Origin: Psilocybe cubensis
Lineage: Eukaryota
Assembly: GCA_017499595.2 (NCBI GenBank)
Contig: CM038999.1
Coordinates: 1,612,001-1,676,000 of the forward strand
Reading direction: 5' to 3'
Length of the DNA: 64,000 nucleotides
Shown: positions 10,750-25,702 of the stretch, one piece after another
Position numbering within the stretch: position 1 is the first letter of the stretch
How the letters are laid out: each line of letters begins with the position of its first letter
Translations under genes and position numbers: made by a program
Notes under the pieces: generated by a model
Told to the model about the DNA's origin: nothing
What the model saw: the letters and a program-made list of their open reading frames with translations, nothing else
Database searches by the model: none

Positions 10750-11810
10750 TCATTGTTCATATGCAGCGATGACCTCTTCGAGTTCTTTCTCGCGTGCTTT
10801 GAGTCTAAAAAAATGCCATGTTAACAGTATAATGAAGAAGAAGATATAACTTCACTAACTTCTTAACTTCTTCTTCGAGACTTTGAACGCGAGTGGTAAG
10901 GCTTTCTATCTTCGACTTTTTGGTGTCGCGGCTTTTCTCTGCGGCAATCCTCTTCCTGTCAAGCTTTTGAACATAGTCAGGGATGACATTGAGTTTATGA
11001 ACAACATCTCTGATAGTCCCAAGGGACATATCAGTACTTGGACCACTTTCGTCCCCAAGTGTCTCTTGAGAACTACTAGAAATCATTGCTATCTTGTCGA
11101 GCTAGAAATAACCTCATAGCATCAATACAAGAAAAGATCATAGGCACGATTACCCACAAGATCCCAACCAGTTCTTCGAGGTGGCATTTGAGACCAGGAA
11201 GAACCCCAATGACTCGGACCGGAGTTGGTGTTTTGATTATTGATATGCCTATAATCGCTTTCGTTAAAATGGTAATATGCATAGCAAAATGGATTGTCAA
11301 CCGTAAAGATTCTTGAGACCCGAAGGCTTTGGAATCTCTGGGCCGCTTACAATCGTGGGCGTGTTCATCTTCCAAGTCCTGGATGTTCCGCTTGATACTC
11401 AATGCTGGAGAGGGAGGAGAGCCAGGATTAGTTTGGCCGAAAGAACATAGACCGGATGTCGGCGTAGGCGGCAAGGTAGAAGTACGAATCTCCGGTGTAC
11501 GCGGTTCACTATCCACCCATTCTATATGCCAACACCTGGTAAGCCATATGATTACTTTGTTGGTAGACTCGTATCTACTCACGGAAAAAACTGCACTGCT
11601 CGCCTATGGGCTTAGAGCATCGAAAAAACTCTCTGTAAACATCCGTTTCAATCAATAATTCACGAACTTTACAATATAGAGGAAGTTGAAGCGTGTTTGC
11701 TGCATACGTACCGCCCACTAGTTCCCTCTCTATGGGATGTGTACAATTTGGCCAGGAGACCATGGGCAGTACAGTTCGGAGATTGGTCGATGTGTTGGTT
11801 TGAGTGTCTG
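10750..11810 (-). CDS. GRF-type zinc finger + coiled-coil protein, tandem copy 3 (start codon not located)
   Basis: Spliced: ...QSPNCTAHGLLAKLYTSHREGTSGR/EFFRCSKPIGEQCSFF/QWVDSEP...VVHKLNVIPDYVQKLDRKRIAAEKSRDTKKSKIESLTTRVQSLEEEVK/KLKAREKELEEVIAAYEQ*. Has the canonical GRxF motif. Confidence 0.72.
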
Positions 11811-12115
11811 AAAGGGAATGCAACGAGAAAAGATCGAAATAAATAGTGTGGTAGTTTCACCAGCGTTTCAGTTTCGCATCCAAAACTGGCATCGATAGTG
11901 TCACTCCTAGACTCTCATGTCTGGGAGAGATTTAACGAAACATCAAATTCAATGCACACAATTTTCAATGATGCTGCATGATGGTAGCGAGAAGACATGT
12001 ACCACACAGAACTAAATATATCCGGCCAAGAATAACATGACCACATTCGTTTAGGGTGTCCTTTGCATCCAGCTTGCACGCCTACTTGAACCAGTATTGT
12101 CCACTCACAGCCAAT

Positions 12116-12692
12116 ATGTCGCGAGCCGGATTTACGACCAAGGTGCAAGTAAAGGTGTTGGATACCAGCGATCCATCGTTGCCTCCTCTTGTGCTACAAA
12201 TAACGCAGATGGTAGATACTTACATGTTGTGGATTGGTGCCGCGGACAGCAACACAAACATCGGCAACGGCACAAACGCGGTACTGAACGGAAATCTATG
12301 CAAAGATTGGGCCTGTGCCATGCCACCTAGAGTTGTATGTTTTTTTCGATTTGAAGGGGTTTCTTGTACATGGGCTAAATTTGTTGGGCTGGCAGTCCGG
12401 TGCCCCTTCCGCAGCGACCTCTTTATTTCGATCATCAAATTCTGACGTTGCATTACCCATGGCACAGCGTTTAGGTAAGGCTGAACGGGATACTCACTGA
12501 GAGCATAGAAGTTTTCTAAGCCTTCATGGTTGTTTCCCAGCGAAACGTTTTCAGAAGCAGATCTTCTTATCTGTGGACACTCCTACCGACTTCAGGACGA
12601 TGGGACAAGGACATCGACTGGTTTTTGAGGCAGAAAGAGGGATTGTAACTGCACTGAAAGAAATAGAAAAGTTGGAGCAGATCTCTGAGTGA
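12116..12692 (+). CDS. Proteasome assembly chaperone 4 (PAC4/PSMG4)-like
   Basis: Three exons: LQITQMVDTYMLWIG...WACAMP, ATSLF...MAQRL, AKRFQKQIFLSVD...AERGIVTALKE. Typical PAC4 pattern. Confidence 0.75.
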
Positions 12693-13110
12693 ATTCCAGT
12701 TCGGATAGATACCATTTTTGTGCCTCTGTCACATGGAAACAATTATCGGCTATAAACCTGACTAGCAGGTTGAAAGTTGAGAGTCTGACGATAATCGATT
12801 AAATCGAGAAGAATAATAATTGAGAGAAACCAGTAAAGCAACAGGACATTGCCAAGGGGTAAATAAGCCGAGAATTGGAGTGGAGGAAATCGGTAGGACA
12901 GACGACTGCATATCGATTAGCAAACCCTGAACCCCTTATTGACACAGCTCTTGACCGTCATCTGCCATATTCTACGCTCACAAGTTTTGGGACCCTGCCA
13001 CACATCTCTTTCGTGCAATCCCCTTGTTTGCTGAGGGTGTGCTATAGTCTCGGGCTTGTGAGAGAGACATCTGATTCACGACAACAAACACCACATTCCT
13101 CGCCAGAAAC

Positions 13111-17245
<4,135 letters not shown>

Positions 17246-17531
17246 TTGAATGGAAGTTACTTTTTTTCGCACATTTCATGGTTACGTTGTACTGGTCTTT
17301 TCTGCCAACTTTTCTGCTCAATCTGGCTATAATCCACCCTCCTATCGCACAACTTACATGTCTGATCTCATTCTTTGTTCAGTCTAAACCTTTTCTTTTC
17401 CATACGAACGACTGTCATACTCTGTACCAAGTACAAAGAACCTTGTTGTTTGATGTCATTCCATTCATATGTCCATTATATATCCGTTGATTGATGATAG
17501 CGATGCGACAAAATTTCGTGGCGCATTTGAG

Positions 17532-18582
17532 TTAGAGCTTGCTGAATTTTTCTTCGATTTCCCAAGCACCTCCCCAGTACTGGATATTGCATTTCAGCCC
17601 TTCTTGTTCACCTTCTTTTTCGATACGTTTCTGCAGACCTCGGCCGGTTCTGCAGAAAATGGTATCTTGGCTACATTGTCCTCGGTTAGATATGTCACCA
17701 CCTTTCGCAGATTAAAATTGCCGAACCTCCTCAGGCGCAGAATTGGGCAGAAATCGTTGGTACCATCACCAACATATGCGATGTGGTCATATTCTATGCC
17801 TTGTCTGGAAAGGAATGCTTCGAGTTCTTCACCTGGAGCAAATTCTAACTATATACAAGGGACAGGATTAACGAAGACAAACCTTTGCACATGTTGGGAC
17901 TACAACCAACTTTGCAACTGTGTTGCGGGCCGCTGGGATCAACTCTCCGGCTCACTTTTAGTAAACCCGAGGGATCCCATTCGGCCGGATTGGTTATGAT
18001 TTCGTGGAACAAATTAGAAAGACCTTTAGACTGATTTGCTTGCTTGTGATTTTTATTTATCAATGAAGGTGCAGAGTGACATACCTCTAAGATCGTCTTG
18101 ATGAAAACAGAGTTGGCGTTGGACAAGCATAAGAATGTTGTCTCCCCTCTGTTCTTCAATTCGGTCACAGCTCTGACCATTGCCGGGTGCTAAATGATAT
18201 AATAAGTCATAGACAGCAAATTTGAAGATTTTGACAACAGACGAAGGGCATGATCTGGAGTGTGTGTATGATCTGTTCCTTCGTGATCCCACGAGCGAAA
18301 GCCTCTCGCAGAGACTGACCCCTTTAAGATATAAGATAATCTATGTTTTCTTGTTTTTACTAAGGCTGTGTTACTACTTACACCAAATCAGTCCATTGGA
18401 CTTGGTCTTTCAGGGTTTTCATCTTTCGCCGGAGGTCGGGAGCAAGGACTTCAAATATCCATCTATCAGTGTCCTGATCGGACATAGACCTAAGCCAATA
18501 GTCAATTAGAAGAAGCAGCTAAAGAATTGCATACGTACCAATCGAAATCGAAGACAACAAGCTGCCTTTTTGGAGACGCCAT
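17532..18582 (-). CDS. HAD phosphatase, PHOSPHO1/2 (pyridoxal phosphate/phosphoethanolamine phosphatase) family; C-terminal SKL
   Basis: LVVFDFDWS (DxD motif I), LSNANSVFI, C-x3-C-x2-NMCKG and YVGDGTNDFCP; ends WEIEEKFSKL*. Confidence 0.9.
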
Positions 18583-18693
18583 GGTGGCAAAGATGGAGAT
18601 TGAGTCCAGGAACAAAAAGAAAGATTAGATTGACGGCTTACATAATCGGAAATGATGCACTAATGGGCGGGATGGGTTGTAGTTGCGGTCCTT

Positions 18694-21091
18694 ATGCCTA
18701 CCACGGTGTGCACAGCGAAGGCGTCTTGCAAGAAATTGCCAGGCTTGCTAGAGCTAACAGACACACATCTCCAATGGACACAGGATGGCAAGAAGGCGCC
18801 ATCTATACGCGTAGCTTACGCTGAGGCGTCATGTTAGTCTGCTCTTTGTTTTACTTCCGTCGTTTTGTTTCTGGTCAGTGGTTCACTAATAATATCAGCT
18901 CTTTTCTGTAGCAAGGAGGGTGCTGCACAAGTCAAATTGAAGCTCTCGCTAGTAGGGGATGACACTGGCCACAACTTTACCTTCACGTCCCCGCCGGCTG
19001 TCGCGATCGCTGAGCGCGAAAAATTCAAGCAAGAGTTGACAACCATTATAAGTCGCAATAGAAGCGCGTCAGATCCTTTCAGCAGACCTGTCATACCTCC
19101 GATTAACGCAAGCATCCCGCTCTCTACAGCTCAGACACCAACAACACAGACACCACGTCCTCTACCCACCCCTTCGCGTCAGCCTCCTTCCAGAGCGGTC
19201 TCTGTGGCGAGCGATAGAAGGGCAACACCAGTTATTGTAGGAAATGACCCAGCCAGTGAATTTCGATTGCGCAAGAAGGTTTTATTGGCCAATCCTGAGT
19301 TGGGACAATTGCATAGGGATTTGGTTGTAAGTGGTCACATCACGGAAGCGGAATTTTGGGACGGGCGAGAGGTGAGGCATAGATCATATCACTCCGCCAA
19401 CGCATAGCTGAGTGATTTCAAAGCATCTAATTCTAGCACAAGCCGCTGCCGAGGGACAAAAGAAGGGGAAATCAGGCCAGCTTGTGGATCCTCGCCCGGA
19501 GGCAGTTGAAGGGGGCGAAATTAAGATCCGCATTACACCTCAGCTTGTGCATGACATATTTGACGAGTACCCTATTGTACAAAAAGCTTACAGTGAAAAC
19601 GTAACCAGCAAAGTACGCTATTTCTATTAATTCCTTCCTGAAAGTCAAATAATAAAAAACGAAAGCTCACGGAAGAACAATTCTGGAAACGATATTTTCA
19701 ATCCAAACTGTTCAATGCCCATCGGGCATCGATTCGTTCATCTGCTGCTCAACATGTTGTCAAAGACGATCCAATCTTCGACAAATATTTGGAAAGAGAT
19801 GACGATGGTATGTCTTGCTATTATTTTCCCGTGTAATTATTTTATAACAAATCGTTGGAAACAAGAATTGGAACCAAGGCGTCCTCGTGAAGAACATGTA
19901 GAGGTTTTTGTAGATCTTGCAGCTACACTTGAAGACCATGAAGAAGTATGCCCATGCACACGGTTTATCGAGTCGTAAGGCTAAATTGGCGGTTTTGCAG
20001 ACGGGAAATGAAAAAGATGTCACAATGAGGGCCGGTAGACAAAAGGCTGCATTACCGCTCATCCGGAAATTCAACGAGCACTCAGAAAGACTTCTAAATT
20101 CCGCGTTGTAAGATTTTTTTCACCTCTTGTGTGGTCGGTGGTTCCCACTTCATTTTAAACAGAGGCGAAATTCCTCCAGCTAAACGAAGGCGACTCGATC
20201 CTGGAGAGGTAAAATTCTGACAATTGTTCTTGGTATATTGGTTGTCATCTAACTGAACTGCAGGATATCTATTCTCAAATCGACATCGATGATTTACATG
20301 ATCCAGAGGCAACAAATGGTATCATTCTTGAAATGCAAGATAGACAACGGTACTTTGAGGCGAGAATGTCCGAGGCCAACCAAGACGGTTCACTGCAGGT
20401 GGGTATATGTCACTAGGTATTGTAAAGAATGTGTTTTCGACATCCTTGGCTAGAAATTGGATCCAGCTTTTGTTCTAGCAAAGGCAAGAGCCAGCGTCGA
20501 TCAGTGGGATGTAAAACTTACTCAAGTATATTTCATTTGTCACTGTGTTTCTGCAATATCTCATCGTTAAGTATCTAGCTTAAAATTGAACGCAAACAAG
20601 GTGATGCCGCTTTGCTTGCCATGACGCAAAATGTGGCAAATCGTCTAGACGTTAGATCGAAGAAAAGTTGGTCATTATTTGTTCTCCCAAAGCCCCATTG
20701 CCTAATAATTCCAGATGATATTCCGGATGGTTTATTTAGACAAATGACGTCCTGCCAAACCGCTGCTAATGAATTTTTAAGACAATTCTGGTTGGCAACA
20801 TACCCACCCGCGGGAGAACTACAGACAGTGGCGGTGGCTACACCGCAGCAAAGAGCTGCCAAGCAAGCAAAAATGATAGGCTATATATCCAAAACTCCCG
20901 AAAGAGTAAACGCATTAGTGCAGGTCGCAAAGCAGTATGGCATCGATGCAAATCGTGTAGAGATTGTAAGTTTTAACAGTGTTCCTACCTATTTTTGCTG
21001 AGTATTTTAGGCTCTGAAACCCGTGGTCCAAGCCTCTGAACACGCCCTCACCTTTTGGCGTAATAGAAAGCCCCCTAAACCACAGCAATAA
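18694..21091 (+). CDS. TFB1: TFIIH core subunit p62/Tfb1
   Basis: N-terminal PH-like domain (KKLPGLLEL...VKLKL...FTFT) and two BSD domains (NPELGQLHRDLVVSGHITEAEFW; IFDEYPIVQKAYSENV...EEQFWKRYFQSKLF); EFLRQFW. Confidence 0.92.
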
Positions 21092-21228
21092 CATTTAGAT
21101 ATATCAAATTAATTGTTACACATTCACATTCCACTCCATCCATTACTGTATAACTCACCATGTCCAATTTTGTAATATACACAATAATTTACTAATACAC
21201 TGTCAAAGGAAACATATCGTCAATGTGC

Positions 21229-24094
21229 CTATGGTCTATGAGGGTTAGGCTGTGACTGCAACTGCGCTCCAGGTGAGGCGGTGCATTCATAAGTGGAATA
21301 CATCACGAGAGCGTGTAGGGCCAGTGCATAACACACGAAAAAAGCTCTGGCTCTGCGATTCCCAAGTATCGACCGAGTCAAGACGAGCACCGCTCGTTCA
21401 ACTGGGTTGAGATTCTGGTAAGCTCTTGTCGCTTCCTAGATTATATGTCAATGGAAAGAAATATTAATTATTAATTATTCGTCTCAATAATGCTTACTCT
21501 TCCTCTGAAAGCTTCAAACGGATTCATAGCCTCTTCATACCTCGCCTGATATTTACTCATATCGTCCCCTCTGGCACTGGAAGGAGCTGGAAGCGGATCA
21601 AGTTGTGTGACTGGACGAGCGCCTGAGTCTTCCCGATAGCTTTGCATATATCTGACTTTTTCGTAGAGTTTTAAGTTGTCAGATTGCAACGTCTTGATTT
21701 CGTTCCGCAGTTCGGAGATGATCTGGAATTGTTTTCTTAATTCCTAGGGAATCGTCAGGTATATAGGAAATGGCGAACTGAATACAGAAACGAACCTCTT
21801 CCAATTCAGCATTCCGCTGACGGAAACGATCTCGTTGACTTGTTACTATAGGTAGAATCGAGGTATCCGCGGAAGGGGTAAAGGGTATGGGCGTTGCACG
21901 AACAGGTGTTTCCTAAGAGAACAATCAGATGGAAACCGGTTCAAATGACCTGCAGCTTGACATACCGTCCTTTTGCTGAGGTCCAAGCTCGCTAAAACAT
22001 CTGTCTCAATATCTGTCGATGCACCTTGTTTATTAATTGAAAGCAGGTCATTTTCCAGCTTCTCGTTCAATTCTCTCTGTTTTTCCAAGTCAAACGTTGC
22101 AGACTCCAATTCTTGTTTGACGGTGCTTAGAGAATCCTCGAGTTCTCCGTGAAGAATCTTGCTATGCATGAGATTTGACGATAGCGTCTAGCAATAGAAG
22201 AATGCGTACCCGCAGCTTGGTGAGTTCTTCTTGAAGACGTTTGTTTTTTGTAGCGAGGAGAGTTTCCAGAGATTTTCCCACTCTACTACTTGTTTTTTGA
22301 GCACCAGGGCTTGGGAGGTACACGTCATCATCATCGTTTCCGTTCGTCAAGGTACCATCGTCGTCATTAGCATCGAAACCAGAAAATTCAACATACTTCA
22401 GCGAACAAATATCAGTGAATAGACCGATAAAGGGTGGCAAAGACATATTAACCTTCATGATTTCAAGCTCTCGTTTGATTTCATCATAGTCGCCAAGCAT
22501 TTTTAGTTTGGACCTAAGTTGTTCTGTTTCGGTTGTCTGAGTATCAATGAGCATCGAGGTGCCGCGAGAACACGAAGTAAGTCAAACCTTCTTTTGAACC
22601 TCTTTGGAGAGTTCCTCAATTTTTCTCTGCGCAGCTGTTTCGATTTCTAATGCCCTTAACTTCTGCGTTTCAATGGATTGTGAGAGTGTTTCGGTTTCAG
22701 CCTCCAAGTCAGCAACTTGTGATTCCAAAGTTTGGACTCTGCGGTTAACAAATATTAACAAAAGCCCCAAAGCAATTCAGAAGAAAAGGGTACTGACCTT
22801 TCCGAGGTTTCTGTACCACTCCGTGTGGTTTCAATTTCAGCACGAAGAATTTCCTGGAAAATATTTCAGTTAGACTGAAATTAGTTTTAAAAAAGAAACA
22901 ATGTACATTGCGATGTTCCAACGCTACAATGCGACTATTGGCACGATCCAGGTCTGCAATAATCATGTCGACTTCTGCAAGTTTGGAAACAACTTCCTGA
23001 TCTATTACACAACACTTTTGTATGATGTATAATGGTATTAGATGGCAAATGACATACCTTGCCTTTGACTATGGTCAAAGAGTTTAGCTTGATTGTTTTC
23101 ATTGGAAACTCGCAAGTCCCGAAGTTGATTTTTGGTGAGGGATAGCTGTCGTTGTAAGTCTTGTTCCCTAACGGTAAATAATGAGTTTCACATTAAAACA
23201 TAAGTTGAAAATTGATAGTTATACCTATCTTCATAATTCATAATTTTCTCGTCGTAAGTAGCAGTTAGTTCATTTGCTTTCTGCGAAACTTTTTCTTGTA
23301 TAAGAGCATCCATCTATGTTGCTAGTCAGTAGCAAGAAGCATTGAGGTTGAGGTTCTACATTCGCGCACCCTTTGGTCCAGCTGCTCCACTTTGGCTTCC
23401 AACTTTTTTTTCGCGTTCTCGACACTTGCAAAATCACTAACTTTCTTCTTGAGCTCTACATTTTCTTCCCTTAATCTTTGAAGTTCCGATTCGTGTTCCA
23501 TTGCCTCTGCAACTTTGACGGCCTGGTCCTGTTTATGTGTTTATAATCAATTCAAGGATTTATCGAATGGAGTTGGACTAAATTTGCTAACCACAGCTGC
23601 CTCCAGGAGAGGATACGGGTCGGGGGCCTCCGCAAGAACCTTGTAAACATGCAGAAATGCGTTGTCGGATGCCTTGGACCGTTTGGTAAGACTATCAATT
23701 TCTGTCTGGTATGCTGTAAACATGAACGCGTTAATTTGTACACGCAGCACCATAGTTATAATACGGACCTTTCAAGAGACCTTTAAATGCATTCAGTTTC
23801 TCTTCCTCTGGCATCTTTTTGAATTCTGCGCAAGTTGTATCGATAAACCGTTCAGTATTGACATGCATACTTATGTCGAACCTTTCGTCTTTTCTGCCAA
23901 TGCTTTACGGCCCACGATGCTCTCCTTCTGATTGTCCACAAGTTCAACACCCTGTTTATCGAGAGTTTTCTGCAGCTCGGTTAAGTTGACATCTGGAGTT
24001 CATCAACAATGAGGGATTGTCAGTAGAAGTATTAAACAAACGTACCTTTCCAGGTTGTCAGAGCTGCAGCGAAGTTGGTCTCCACAGAGGCCAT
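21229..24094 (-). CDS. COY1: Golgin CASP/Coy1 (coiled coil with C-terminal TM)
   Basis: YQTEIDSLTKRSK...APDPYPLLE, VTSQRDRFRQRNAELEE, DNLKLYEKVRYMQSY and NPFEAFR; C-terminal TM FFVCYALALHALV. Confidence 0.9.
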
Positions 24095-24342
24095 GATAAT
24101 CAGGTAGATGTAACAGTGATTAAGATATTACAACGTTTATCCAAGAAGAGATGAGAAAAATTGAGAAGAGCGTTGAATTTCGTAGGGGTTATGATGTGTC
24201 ACTATGCTAATTAGTACAGGAGACAATTCCTGGAACAGCACTCAGCGCGTCTTGAGAGGCGCCACGTGATGCTGCTACTTTTTTCGGAATCATATTGACA
24301 AAGTTACGGTAGTGAACCTTGTCAACCTGACCTCTCCCCATT

Positions 24343-25492
24343 ATGAATTTCCTGAAGCCCAGATTACTTAGACAAGCCACGCGCTTCACAGTTGCTCAGA
24401 GTCAACCTTGCCATAGGCTCTATGCAACGGCGGCTCCTCGAAGTGAACACAGCGACGGCTTTTCTCCGCAACTGGAACGTACCAAGCCTATACCCCAGTC
24501 ACCCAGTTTCTACACTACTCGCGCCGTATACTACGACCAAATCATGTTTCTCGAAAAGGCAATCGGTAGTACAGAGACATTTCTTCGCCAAAATCATCTT
24601 CTACCTCTTCCCGACTTTGCCAGAGCGAGCCTTCCCCCAGTCCAACCTGTTTGGAAGGACCAGGAAGAAATGGCGCTCGAATTGAAAACGAAGATGACGA
24701 CGACGCGTTATCGAAAGGTCACTAAGCTTCTCAACCAACTGATCGACTTTGAACGCATTGCAGCCACCGGTGGATGTGCAGAGCTTTCTAGGCAACTACG
24801 AGAGATCTTGGAGCTCTACGAAAGTAGCAAGAAAGAAGCGTTCCTTGCTAGGGGAAAGAGAAAGGTCGTTAAACTTGATATGTACGGCCGTTCTTATACA
24901 GTAGGAAAAAGAAAGACAAGCTCTGCCCGCGTCTGGATGATTCCCGTTCAATTACCAGCCACGCCAACTGAGCAGGCAGAAGGCGAGCCGACCGACGCAA
25001 AAGCGGCGGAAACATCAGCGGGCTCACCAAAGGGCTCAAAACCAGCGAAACCAGTGCATGTTACCACCACCACCATCTTAGTTAACAATATGCCTTTGAA
25101 TCAGTATTTCGCCATCCCAGCCGATCGAGAAAGAATCACCCGACCATTCAAAGTTGCTGGTGTTCTCGGGAAATACAACGTTTTTGCTATTGTTCGTGGT
25201 GGAGGAATTTCAGGGCAGGCAGGTGCCCTCGCTCATGGCATTGCAAAAGCTATTGTTGCCCATGAACCAGACCGAGAAGTGATGTTCAGAAGAGGTGGGC
25301 AGATTCATGCATTTGTTTTCGCAATCTTACTCACATGGTTGTCCAGCCAAACTTACATACCGTGATCCTCGTATGGTCGAGCGTAAGAAGACTGGCCGCA
25401 GAGGGGCCCGCAGCGCAGTAAGTTGTATCGTTTTTTGGCTAAGTGGTTTACATCTAACTTCATTTGTGCAGTACACATGGGTCAAGCGTTAA
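24343..25492 (+). CDS. MRPS9: Mitochondrial ribosomal protein uS9m
   Basis: GKRKTSSARV, VRGGGISGQAGA, RDPRMVERKKTG and terminal YTWVKR*; basic N-terminal presequence. Confidence 0.93.
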
Positions 25493-25702
25493 TTTTCCTA
25501 TTTTGGCACTTTGCTGGACAATCTTATACGCATATTATCTCGTTCCATACATGTGGTATTATAACTATAGAGTCAGAGATGAGTTGAGGTATAAGGATAA
25601 ATGACTGGCAGACATCCAGACAAGATACTAATTTAATGACGCATCCAAAGTGCAAATACAGTACAATTTCAATAAAAATGCATATAAACAAGTGGTTGTC
25701 TG

